Shown here in pieces: positions 13,791 to 25,406 of a DNA stretch of 64,000 nt. The translations under genes and the position numbers were made by a program. The stretch comes from Phyllosticta citribraziliensis. Taxonomy: Eukaryota. Every line of letters begins with the position of its first letter. Positions within the stretch are counted from its first letter, which is position 1. The notes beneath the pieces were generated by a model. The model saw nothing but the letters and a program-made list of their open reading frames with translations. It did no database searches and was not told the DNA's origin. Where the stretch lies: NCBI RefSeq assembly GCF_038025025.1, contig NW_027117339.1, positions 992,001-1,056,000 on the forward strand, read 5' to 3'.

Positions 13791-14396
13791 TGTTTGTTTG
13801 ATGATTGAGCTTTTGCTGGGGAAGCGGGATTGGAGATTAAGCATGGCGTCGCGAGCAGGGAGTCGGGGAGCACCACCTCAGGCACCCAGGTGCCTTCCTT
13901 CTGATGCCGCGCAGCGGAGGTACATAGGGACGCGGCACACCACCATGATATCACTCGGCATGCATCACTCAAAAGTCACGATCAGATGGTCTCTGTAATC
14001 TATTCGGCAATTTTCTTCTGCTTCCTTACTTAATTGTTCAGTGTACGAGTGAGTGTGGTGCCCTGGACATGACCCGCGTGCAGCACGCCAGACAACCGAA
14101 GCAGGGGGGAATTCCGTCATCGTCCGCGCTTACTAAGAGCCCTGATTCGCTGAACCGAACCCTGCGGGCCGCTTCCCTCCCTGAAGCGTGAAAGCCGCTC
14201 CGCCCCACAACCCGGCCTACCTGAGCCACACACCAACCAAGAGCCACTACACTTGTTTTCCAACCTCCACGCCCAAAAGAAAGCACATGCCAACCAAGAT
14301 CGCCATGTGAGGCGGTTGCTCAATTCAGTCCCGCGGCATCCATTCTTCTTCTCTCTCGGACATCGCAGCACGCTTGTCATCAACACCTCCCTCACC

Positions 14397-17300
14397 ATGA
14401 CCAAAGTCAAATACACTTGGGATATCTTCATCGATGGTTGCCTGAGGAAGCGCCTTGCCACCGACGACTACGACAGACTTGCACGCGATCTGCAAGGAAG
14501 GATTCCCAAGGACGGCGCTGCGCTTTCAGAGGCCCTGCTTCGACCCAAGACTCTCTCCGAATTCTACTTTGACCCTTTGGTGGTCGTCTACCTCGAGAGG
14601 TCGCTGGCATTGGATCTTTTAGACCCTCCACAGGTTTTGGAAGCCCTGTTCCGCCATGCGAGAGAGGCAAACACGGCTACCGACAGATCCCAGCCGAAAG
14701 CATGGAATGTGAAGCCTCCACCATCCTATGTCTCGCCAGGACTCGAAGAACTCGTCTTTGCCAGATTGTCAAGAACGTACATGATCAATGAAAGACCGAA
14801 AAAAGTCTCCGAAGCCCAAAAGACCCTGGCACTCTTGACCAAGTGGATGTCTACCATGAGCTCAACGCAAGCCGCCGAGTCGGTCATCAATTCAATTGCA
14901 GAAGGAACCCAAGGCCACCGCACAACCACCATCATGAGCCTTGGACTGCTTGTGATCGCTGTACTGGAACACCCGAAGATTGCCGGAGTTCTAGAAAAAG
15001 CCTGTCCAAGATGTAGGCCCAGGCACTCTCATATGCAAGATCGGTTCACGAAGCGAGACACTAATCATTTTTACTTGTTTTGCAGGGGTTTCAAAGGCGT
15101 TGTCCGAGTCGATCACGGCGTTCATGCCGCATCTCAGCCAGTCGTCTCTGCAATTGGCTGATAGATTGGGAATGCTACAAAAGCAATACTCTCTGTCTGA
15201 CCATGCCGCCAACGCTGTAGATGATGGATCTGCCCACAACGGCCTCGACGTCGCGGTGCTCCAGCTTGAGACGGTAATGGATCTTCCTGTGATCAACACC
15301 AGAGCCGGCCTCTACGTCTTCGTCAACTCCTTGGTACGTACCTTTCACAAGTTGTGCATAAAAGCTGACATTTTTAGCTCTCCGCCCGTCCTCTGACCGA
15401 CGACCATATGATCCTCAACTATCTGCAGGCTCGATACAAGGGCGATATCCAGTCTTTGGCAATTGACCTCATCACTGCCTCTTTTGATGTCCTTGCTGCC
15501 AATTCCAATTCGGCTTACAGGAGCGAGACAAACGAAACCCTATTCAACTTTCGGTCGTTTCTCGTAAACAAAGTTCCGACTCTCCTAACGGTTCTCGCCG
15601 GGTCAATGTTCCCGCCTTTGACACCAGAGCTGTGCATTACTCAAGCTCTCAACCACATTGATAGAAATGCGTTTCCTTCCTTCTCTCAAGCCTTCGGGGA
15701 CGGGGTAAGCGTCAATAGCGCATTCTCAGATGTTCGTCAGGACTTTCTTTTTGCGTGCGCCCTCCACCAGCTCATACCCGAAGCCAGCATTGAACGCCTT
15801 CTCGGAGAAACACCCATGAATGGTGTCTCTGAGAAGCACGTTAAAGAAAATCTAGTGGCACAGTGTTCGAATAATTTTGAGCGCGTAGAAGAGTACCTCA
15901 ATGAGATGGAAGGTATGGATGGGAATGCGGGAACCATTGTGGCCGCCATGACTGAGGTAGGTTGACCGCAGCTCAGGTCTCGTCGTGAAAGCGCTAATCC
16001 GAACGCGCAGGTGATAAGAAACCTTTGCATGGCCCGAGATACTGTTTCGCTCAAGACAATATGCAATGCATTGTCACGGAAACCTCGCTCTCTAGACGTA
16101 ATGCTGCAGTACACATCACCAGCGAGTATACTGCAGCCTCTATGTCAGCTTCTTGATTCATGGAAGCACGAAGAGGAGCAAAGTAAGGTCGCCACAGGAA
16201 ACGGTCGGGTCTTGGGCTGACTTGTCTTAATCACAGGCGAATACCAGCCAGTGTATGACGAATTTGGCGCCGTCTTGCTACTGATCCAAGCATTCGTCCT
16301 GCGCCATGACCTCAAAAGTGTCGATCTAGGAGTCGAAGACGGGTCATTCATCGCCCAGCTAATCGAACGAGGTCATGTGAGCCTTGTGATAGAAGAGCTC
16401 AGTGAAGAGCAAAAGAAGTATCTGGATGGTTGGGTACGAGGTCTGTATGGATCCGACGGAATCAGCGACGATCTCCTGAAGAGCTGCAGGCCGCAGGATT
16501 TCTACCTCCTGGTCCCAACAATTTTCAGCGGAACTATATATGCATGCTCGGTGGATGCTGTCAGCATCGACGACGTCAAGTCTGGCCTGGAGTGTAAGTT
16601 TGATTCTTTGTTTCGAATGACTTGAAAGCTCATCAAGTATAGTCCTTCTCGAAACCTTCCTACTCCCTTCGCTTGTCGGCGCCTTTACCTGGATGACATC
16701 GCACGCGCTTGAGCAGACGCCGAAAGAAATCGATTTTACCATTCAAATACTCTCCCGACTCATCCGCCCTAACTCAATATCAGGCGATGCGCAAGCGATC
16801 CACAGCTCCATTGTCTCGATGGTAGCACGGCGACTTGAACACTGCCTTAGGAAGCTTCAGTATCGACATCCGTCTAGGAGTGATATTAGTGGGCTGCTCG
16901 ACATCATAGGTTCCAGCCACGATTACGAAAGGACGCCCTTCTGCTCCTCTCCCGAGATCGATGCTTGGATAGCAAACTCGGGTGGATCTTTCCGCCACGC
17001 TATCAAATTTTCATTCCATAACCTCGTCGTTTGGAACGGCCAGTCAGACATTCACCCTACACCCCCTCCCTATTCTCACCGACAAATCTTCTCTGCGCTG
17101 CAAATTGTTGGCGTTTGCAAGGTCCTACGAGCCATCCTTGAGGAGATCAAGAACCAAACAGCCAACGGCACTGGAGCCGTGGCCCTTGATGTGGCTGTCA
17201 ATCTGATCTGTGCCCCTCTTCACGTCAACAGCTGCACTCCGGTCTCCTGGCTCGGCTGCCCTGTCCCTTCCCCCCACCCACCCCGCACAACTCTGAATCT

Positions 17301-17754
17301 GCGAGAGATGCTCAAGCAGGAACTCGACGATCCAGCAGCGCTCATGGCCGACCCGGGCCTCGCTGAGGCAGCCGTTCGTCTCCATCGTCGTGTCGAGGCA
17401 CAACTTGCCGGTCCGCAGCTCGAACACCTCCCAGCGGCAGGCCTTATGCAAGGAATCGAAATGACTGCCACCGGGGTTGACATGGGCATGGGAGTGTCAG
17501 CAACGGGCGACACTAGTGCTGCCAGCGGGGCACAGGCTTCTGGAGCAGCAGCCGTGGCACCGGGTGGTGACATCACAGATGAGCTGGGCCTCGGAGCCAC
17601 GGGCACAGCAACCGGTATTGACGGACTAGGAGACCCCTCTGGTGGTTTAGACGGCTTGGGGAGTATGGACGACATGCTGGATGGGGCGGCGGCTGCGGCT
17701 GCGGATGACGATGTGTTTTCGGGCTTGGTCTTGGAAGACGAGTATAACTTTTAA
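14397..17754 (+). CDS. MED5: Mediator subunit Med5 (Nut1), 6 exons
   Basis: PVINTRAGLYVFVNSL, LITASFDVLA, FRSFLVNKVP, DVRQDFLFACALH, YQPVYDEFG, CRPQDFYLLVPTIF, LLETFLLPSLV. Five GT-AG introns join the ORF pieces in frame. Confidence 0.93.
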
Positions 17755-18359
17755 ATTGGGTTGTCTGTTGGTTTGGTTCACGAGAGGATTTTGGATGGGG
17801 TCGAGAGACAAATTTAGCTCTGTGTTCAGGGTGTGGCGTGGTTTGGTTGAAGGGTCTAGTCGTCCCACTGATGATTGGGAGAAAAGATCAGAAAGCGACA
17901 AAGAAGGGACAAGTTCCCCACGTGCTCATGGTTTAAAGCTTGCGCAACCTTAAAAGACGGCTGGAAAGAAAGGGCGCGAGGCCATGGAGCCTGCTCTGAG
18001 AGTTGGGTTTTCTAACTAATCATCTCTTTGAAGTCAATGCCGTCTTTTCTTCAGGCGGACAGCTTCTCTGGAACTCTGGGAAGGCTGAGTGGTCTGGAAA
18101 TAGAAGAGTGTAGGCCTGGTCGGATTCCAAAAAAAAAAAAATAAAAATAAAAAATTGAAGGGCTTCGGCTGGCATCCCACGTCGCCAAGGTTGGTGTTGC
18201 GTCAGCAGCAGCAAGGGTCGCGGGCGCCAAGGCTGCTCTCGCGGGAGCTGTCCTCTGGACACCTGCGCGCTAAAACGCCACTGGTAGAGTCCAATGTACG
18301 CTGTAGGCCTTGGGCGACATAGCTCCTCCACCTCCGTGAGCGACCTGCTGAAGGCGAAC

Positions 18360-20485
18360 ATGTCTCCCACACAAGAGACGGCACCGTCGCTGCCACCAGG
18401 TGCGTTGTTCCCAGATCATCCCTTGACCTTGCCCAGCCCGTCTCGATTCGCTCCCCATGAAAGCACCAACCCATTGCCCGGGTTCCTGCGGCGCAAAGCT
18501 GACGTATATTTCGATACAGCTCCTACCACGCCAAAATCGAAAAAGAAGAAGAACAAGAAGAAGGGGGCTGCCCCAAAACCAGAGCACAATGCCACCGACA
18601 TCCAGGTGAACGGTGCCACCAGCAATGCCGCCGGGGGCGATGCTGAAGACGCCGAAGCCGACGACGACGTGGAGTCAGTGCATTCGTTAGAGGTACTGTA
18701 CTTTCGCAACGATGGAACCTCAAACCACCACAACCAGTCTCGGGGCTGATTGCAGTTGTAGAAGCCATCTCCGGACAAAAAGGCGAGACCCAAAACACAG
18801 GCGAACGCGCAGGACCATCAAGCAGATCCCGACACACGGCCCCAGAGCAATGGCTCCGCACGCACAAACACCACCTCTGCCGCTCCACCGCCGTCGCCGC
18901 CGAAGCAAACCCCTCCCCCGGAAATCTCCTCGACAACCATGGACGCCGACACGACGGACCGGCTTGATGCCCTGGCCAAAGAACGCGACACGCTGCGAGA
19001 AGAAGTGACGCAATTGCGCAAATCGCTCGAGACGATACAAAGCAAGCATGAGTCGGAGTTGGCAGATCTGCAATCCCAGCTCACCGAAACACAGGTGGGC
19101 AAGGAGCAAGCAGAGAACCAGTACAAGGATCTCCGGGGAAAGGTTAATACAATCAAGACTCAGCTAGGGGAGCGCATGAGGGCCGATGCTGAGGAGCTCG
19201 AGCGGACTCGCGCCCAGATTGAGGATTTGGAAGAGCAGAACCGCCGGGAGCGCGAGGAAGCCGACGCACTGGACGAGGAAAATAAGCGGCTCCGGAAGCA
19301 AAAGGAGGAGCAGGACAAGGAGATAGAGGAGCTGAGGGGGCGGGCGAGCCTGTCGCAGCAGAATTGGATCAAGGAGCGGGACGAGTTGATACGGCGCGAG
19401 GCATACGCAAGGGAAGAATTTGAGACGGCAAAACAAGCTATGCAAGACTGGGAGGTGCTGGCCATGGAGGAGAGATCACTGCGGGAGAATCTGGAGGACA
19501 AGGTGTCGGAATTGGAGGAGCAAGTTAATGGATTGAAGGACGCATTGGACCGGACAGTCAGCGACCGGGACGCACAAACTTCGACAGTGGATGGACTGCA
19601 GAGAGCGCTGCGGGACATTCAAGATGGTCAGCCTCACAATGGATCTGGCGTCGTTGCAGGACTCGCTGACAGGAAACAGCACGTAAGAAGGAACTGCGCG
19701 AAATCGTCGAAAACTCCCAGACCCAGCTCGACAGCTTACGCACACAACTCCAAACGGCGGAGGATGCTTCGAGGAAGGCCAAAGAGGAGCAAGAAAAGAC
19801 ACAAAAGGAGCTCGAGAGGGCGCTGCCGTTTGAGAAAGAGGTCAAGGAAAAGAACCTCCTGATCGGCAAGCTCAGACACGAGGCCGTCATCCTCAACGAC
19901 CACTTGACGAAGGCGCTGCGCATACTGCGCAAAGGCAGACCGGAGGACAACGTCGATCGGCAAATCGTCACGAACCACCTGCTGCAATTCCTCGCCTTGG
20001 ACCGGAGCGACCCCAAGAAATTCCAGGTGCTGCAGCTTATTGCTGCATTATTGGGGTGGAACGACGGTAAGTCACGACCCTGATTCTACATGCATATCCC
20101 CATCTTTCTCCTATTCGCACCAACTAACGCCCTATCAACAGAACAACGCGAAGCGGCCGGCCTCTCCCGCCCCGGATCCACCGCCACAGCCGCCAACTCG
20201 CTGCGCGTGCCGCTGTCGCCCTTCCGCCGCACCCCCTCGACGCCCTCGCTCAACACCGACCTCCTGCTAGCCGCCGACACGACGTCGACATCTTCAGCCG
20301 CCTCGCACACCAGCTCGGCGCACGCCGCCTCGGCGCAGGCGAACAAGGAGAGCCTGGCCGAGCTGTGGCAGAACTTCCTCGAGCAGGAGGCGCTCGAGGG
20401 CAGCAGCCGGGGGCCCAGCCGGCGCGAGAGCGCGACCAGCGACGAGAAGGAGAAGGAGGCGAGGGGGCTGGGTATCTCGTCGTAA
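18360..20485 (+). CDS. RUD3: Golgin Rud3 / GMAP-210-like (coiled coil + GRAB domain)
   Basis: Long coiled coil; EVKEKNLLIGKLRHEAVILNDHL; GRAB motif NVDRQIVTNHLLQFL...KFQVLQLIAALLGWND; C-terminal SLAELWQNFLEQEA. About 4 introns; 5' exon boundaries less certain. Confidence 0.88.
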
Positions 20486-21213
20486 CAGCACGGCTGGCTG
20501 GCGGCGTAAAAGCACGAGAAGAGGAAGAAGAAGAAAAAATGTGCAGCGGGGCCGACGTGGCAGCATGAGGTTGTTCCACTTCTGCGGGTGCAAGGCACTT
20601 GTCGCGAGACCCTTTATTTCCATCTACGGGGACTGGTATCTTTTTTCTTCACTGTTATTGTCGGTGTTGTTGTTGGGCGGGAAGAGTGTATGTGCTATAT
20701 ATCTGTAATGACTGAGACGACGACTGCTCTCTCTTGTGGTGGATTGATTGATTGCTTGAAGAGCGAAGCGTGGGTTGGTAAAGAGGGCGGTGGGCAAGAC
20801 GTAGAGGTGGGCCAGCAGATGCGCCGGTGGATAGCCAGCCAGCCGAAAAGGTTGAATCGTACATTGATGCATTCAGAAGTTGTACTGTGTGTATGTCGTT
20901 CGCTGTTGTGTGCGCTCTACCAACTTTCGCAGTAGGTCCAGGAGGTCACGCCGGAGAGGTCCTCGGGAAGGGACATTGATTCGCCTCTTGCGAAGTTCCT
21001 CGTTGCACGCCTGTGATTTCTGGAAGTATCTTGTATCTGGTAGCGCTAGGAGACGAAGGAATGGAAACACATCTTTGCAAGGTCATGTTATCTGTTCTCT
21101 CTCTTTCATTCGAGTCTATCACAGTGGGCGTCAAAAGGTATGACAACGCCCGTCCATTCACTGCGCCTAGAAAGCTGCTGCTATTTACCACCCACAGATA
21201 GACTTGGGTATTG

Positions 21214-24200
21214 TCACTTTCTCCGCCCCTTCCCCTTTCTGTTCGCCTTGTCTGGAGACGCCGACGCGGATGGCGATGCCGAAGCAGTGGGCGAAGGCGA
21301 AGAGAGAGAGGCCGTGGCAGCATCTGTCTTCTCCTTCGCACCACCACTCTTCGCATGCGGGTCGTCGACGGCAACCAATTTCTTCGAATCACCGTCATCA
21401 TCCACCTTACCGGGACTCGACACCGTTGCCCCGTCGCCGTCGAACCTCGTCCCCAACGCCTTCCAGAAAGCCTCCAGCCCCACGAAACCCTCTCGATCCC
21501 ACCGATCATCTGCCCGCACACAGTCGTAGCAAGCCCAGACGGCGCAATCAGGCGCACTGACGCTGCTTCCGACCAGGTAGCACAACTGGCCCTCCTCATC
21601 ACTAGGAGCGTCGCGGTGCTGTCGCTCCCGCCTTTCCTTTCCAGCGACAATCAGGGTCTCGATTTGCGCCAAACAGCTGCCGATATCGTCTACAGCTGTC
21701 TGAATTTCCCACTTAGACTGGACGCCAAGGTCCCAGGCGCGGAAAAAGTGGTTGGCGGATCCGAGGTATTGCTGCGACAAAGCGGCGTTGCTCCTGTCTT
21801 GCGACGACGAGGACTCGCCCCGACGGTTGTGCAAATAAAAGCGCTCGAGGTAAGCGAGGATGCTTATGGTGTCCGAGACTTCAGTGTGAAAGGTGTCGTT
21901 GTCGCGGAAGAGGACTGGAGGTGAGTGGTGGAAGTATGAGGAACTCTCTGCACTGAGGTCACTGGTGGGACAGCCAGCTTTGACAGTGCTGTACGTCATT
22001 CCCAGTTCATGCAGATAGAGAAGTACCGCACGATTCATGGGAGCACTCGTCGACAGAAAGAGGATTGGAGGATCGGGATCGGGAGGAGGGGTTGTGAAGT
22101 GAAGCACATCAAAGCCCGCGCCATACGTCGCGTCCCAATCAAACTTGTCGCCCGTTTGCTGGTTTTCGGCACTGAATGCCCGGATGATGCTCTCGGTGGC
22201 TTTCTCGTCCCCATTGATCACGGGAGTGGCGCCAGCCTTCTGTTTGGATGACGCTCCTTGGCCCCATATGAGGCGCGAGTCGGGACTGATAAAGGTTCCA
22301 ATATGACGGAAAGTAAGCGAGATACGCATGCCCATGTATAACGTTTCAGGCAAAACCTTCTCAGTCGAGGGTCGCTTGTCGGGCATAATACCGTGCAACC
22401 AGCAACTGTTGGTAGCAGGTCCTATAACCAAAGCAGAATTGTGGGGCATGGCAACCTTTTGAATTTCTCTGTTGCTGGTAACCGTCTCCCCACCGGAATT
22501 TGTGTTTTCAGACCGTTTTGTGCGAAGCCTCATGGTTCGCTGTGCGCCGAAACTGACATTGACAATGCTTGAGCGCCGAACAATGTCCAGAGTCTTGTCT
22601 GAGTGTTCGGAGATGTGATCACCGCCCTGGCGGTAGAATTGAATCAAAACGTGGTTCATGGGATGCTGGACCAGCTGCTCGACACGCTTGCGGAGGAGCA
22701 AGACCGAAGGAGAGAAATGCAGAAGCGGTAGGCTCTGGTCCGACGGATGTCTATAGATGGGCTTTGACCCATCCGGACCAACGTCACCTTGCACAGCTAC
22801 AAGACGCGGGACCTCTCCAGTGGCGTGGAGCATTTTCTGAAACCGGACCTCGTTGCAGAGCTTATCGAATACTGACTCCTTGAAAGGACGAGTCGTGCCA
22901 GGCGCGTTGACCTCATCAGATAGGAAATCGTGAACAAGGTGGGAATCCCCCTCTCCGATAGCGTCAGCTGGGCCAAGGGTTGGCAACGTAGCTGGAATTT
23001 TAGACTTCACGGGACGTTCTCCGTCCTTAAGGACCCGCTGCGTCGGGAGAGGCGATCTGGGAGGTGGACCGCTGTTCTCCGTATCTGGCGGCCGGTCGTT
23101 GCGTGGGGTTGTAGAAAAAGGGGCTCCCGGGGCTGAGGTACGTGGCGATGTGTTTTGAGAACTTGAAGATGAGCTGATGGCGGAATTTGAATTTGCTGCT
23201 GGAGATGCCTGGACATGTTTTTTCGAACTCGAGGATTGTTCAGATTTGCTTGTGTCGGTCCGGCGGCGCATGCGAACGTGAGACTTTGTCGAGCCTGAGT
23301 TTCTGTGCACTCGTGGAGGTTTGCCCTCGCGGTTTTCTGCCAAAGGACTCTCCAGGATTGACTCATCCAAACTACCATGCTGGACCGGTTGGTGTTGGGA
23401 AGCGCTGCCGGATACGGGAGTGTCCTTGATGTTCAACTTTTTCAGCATGTCTCCAATGTCATGGTCATCGCCGGCAGTGGCGCCGTCTTTGCTCGTACTT
23501 TGGTCACTCATCTCCCCCTGGCTGTTGCCAGTGATCCTCTTCATCGCATCGTCAAACGAAATCAGATAAGCACCCATGTATTCCACCATTCGCTTCATGG
23601 CCTCCTGGTGCCTGTCGAGTTTCCGGTAGCCAATACAGTCGTCGATCAAGTAGATGGTGATTCCATGACGAGCGGCTTCCGCAGCAGTTGCGTAGACTGA
23701 TATGTTGCTGATGCAGCCACACACGAACAGCTCGGTGATGAGGCGGGTTCGCAGCGTGAGAAGCAGATTTGTACCCCTGAGAGCCGAGTACCAGCGCTTG
23801 GTGACGATGATATCGCTGGACCTGACTTCTGAAGCAATATCGTCGGCAAAGGCAGCTCCATGGCCGCCAGCAAGACAGATGCCCGAGCCGTTTGCAAGGA
23901 ACAGCTCTTCTTCCGAGGACGGATCCACGGGAGACTCGATTTCGTCTTCCCGATTGCGTTCCGTGACGCGTCGCAGAAGATCAGCAGGCCGACGTCGTGA
24001 GCGGCGCGAGCGTGGCAAGGGCAAGTCTGACGGCTGAAGCTCAGCCTCGGTCAGGCCAGGACCGTCATCGTCATGGCCGCTCGACCGCTTGCCGGAGACG
24101 CTTGTGATGACGGCATCCGCATCGTCCGAACCATCAGACGCTGGCTGAGCTGGGTCGGCCTCGGTGCGCACCCAGATGATGCTTCCTGCATGGTCACGGA

Positions 24201-24366
24201 AAGCGGGGATTATTTTTTTGATGCGGTGCAGCAGGCCGTCGGGCTTGCTGACGGGCAACTTGGCAGTGGGAGAGCAAAAGTCATTCTGCAGGCCAATGAC
24301 GATGAGGGCCTGGTGAGTCTGAAAAGATGGTTGGTTCTGGGCGAGGAGCTCGAAGATGGACGACAT
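21214..24366 (-). CDS. Multidomain protein: isochorismatase-like + AlkB-type 2OG-Fe(II) dioxygenase + GST-like C-terminus
   Basis: Intronless ORF. ALIVIGLQNDF / VTKRWYSAL / FVCGCISNISVYATA (cysteine-hydrolase fold); EHSDKTLD...WLHGI...RISLTFR (AlkB HxD...H...RxxxxxR); SDTISILAYLE and YLVGSSVSAPD (GST-like). An in-frame upstream ATG also exists at 24738. Confidence 0.88.
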   Translation of the reverse strand: MSSIFELLAQNQPSFQTHQALIVIGLQNDFCSPTAKLPVSKPDGLLHRIKKIIPAFRDHAGSIIWVRTEADPAQPASDGSDDADAVITSVSGKRSSGHDDDGPGLTEAELQPSDLPLPRSRRSRRRPADLLRRVTERNREDEIESPVDPSSEEELFLANGSGICLAGGHGAAFADDIASEVRSSDIIVTKRWYSALRGTNLLLTLRTRLITELFVCGCISNISVYATAAEAARHGITIYLIDDCIGYRKLDRHQEAMKRMVEYMGAYLISFDDAMKRITGNSQGEMSDQSTSKDGATAGDDHDIGDMLKKLNIKDTPVSGSASQHQPVQHGSLDESILESPLAENREGKPPRVHRNSGSTKSHVRMRRRTDTSKSEQSSSSKKHVQASPAANSNSAISSSSSSQNTSPRTSAPGAPFSTTPRNDRPPDTENSGPPPRSPLPTQRVLKDGERPVKSKIPATLPTLGPADAIGEGDSHLVHDFLSDEVNAPGTTRPFKESVFDKLCNEVRFQKMLHATGEVPRLVAVQGDVGPDGSKPIYRHPSDQSLPLLHFSPSVLLLRKRVEQLVQHPMNHVLIQFYRQGGDHISEHSDKTLDIVRRSSIVNVSFGAQRTMRLRTKRSENTNSGGETVTSNREIQKVAMPHNSALVIGPATNSCWLHGIMPDKRPSTEKVLPETLYMGMRISLTFRHIGTFISPDSRLIWGQGASSKQKAGATPVINGDEKATESIIRAFSAENQQTGDKFDWDATYGAGFDVLHFTTPPPDPDPPILFLSTSAPMNRAVLLYLHELGMTYSTVKAGCPTSDLSAESSSYFHHSPPVLFRDNDTFHTEVSDTISILAYLERFYLHNRRGESSSSQDRSNAALSQQYLGSANHFFRAWDLGVQSKWEIQTAVDDIGSCLAQIETLIVAGKERRERQHRDAPSDEEGQLCYLVGSSVSAPDCAVWACYDCVRADDRWDREGFVGLEAFWKALGTRFDGDGATVSSPGKVDDDGDSKKLVAVDDPHAKSGGAKEKTDAATASLSSPSPTASASPSASASPDKANRKGKGRRK

Positions 24367-25406
24367 GACGGGAGAGGCTAGACCGAAAAGAGAGGGGCAG
24401 TTTGAAGGAGAAGGGAACCAACGTGAATTTTCGAGGCCAGTCGCAACGCAACAGACGGCGCCGCGGCGGCAACAAATAGCAGTTGTGACGTTGCAATGGC
24501 TCCGGCTCACATCGTGGCGGCAGGGCTGGACATGGTCGGTTTGACGCGCTCGAGTCGCGTGTTGGATTGGGCGGCGGAGCAGCTCGCGAAGCGAAGGAAG
24601 GACAAGGCCAGGACGAGGACGAGGACGAGGACGGGGACGGGGAGGGACGGACTTGGGTGTGCGGCCTCGATCCAACAAGAGTGCTGACTCGCCTGCGGAC
24701 CGTGAGGTGGTGGTGATGGACGTGTGGTGCTGGTGCATCCCGCAGGTCCAGGGCCAGGGCCAGGTCCAGGTACAGACAGATGGACAGTACAGTGCGGGCG
24801 CAAAGTCGCACCGCTCCGGCTTCCCGTCTTCCGCTCCTTCAAGTCTCCATCGTCGTCACCACCACCACAACCTAACCCTGCCCGCGCTGCAGCTGACTGA
24901 GGTCAACACCACACTGCACAGGGCAGGGAGCAATGCCGCCCCGGAGCTTCTGGCCACTCACCTCCCACCTCGACTGCGCTCGTGCCTCGCCATCAACGAC
25001 ATCCTCCCAACTGCCCGGGACTCGCAATATACACCGGACCCCATCTCGCTGTGCCGCTCGGCCCCCGTCACACCCAATCCAACTCATCGTCCTGGCTCAT
25101 GCCTCGCTACCAACATCACTCAACTTCTGTCCCGACCCTGTCATGACCGGTGCACGTTCCTCAGCACGTCTGCTTGGCTGCCGGCCATCTCTCGCCCGAA
25201 CAGCCAAGGAGCAAGAGCTATTTCCCTTCCTTCGGGTCTGATCGTACGATGCAAAACTCACAACTATCATGCACTGCCTCTTCCTCCGCTCGAAGCGCCA
25301 AGCCCACCTTCTAGAACGTCCCTCTTCTTCTGAACCCTGTGGACCGGGCGCTGTGGGGCCTCTGCAAGCTTAATGTCGTTCCGCTACTTCTTTTTGCCGC
25401 CCGTCT

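Noticed and set aside
24367..24738. 124-codon in-frame extension upstream of the isochorismatase fusion
   Set aside because: Contains simple repeats (GACGAG, CCAGG) typical of a 5' UTR and no protein-like signal; not fully excluded.
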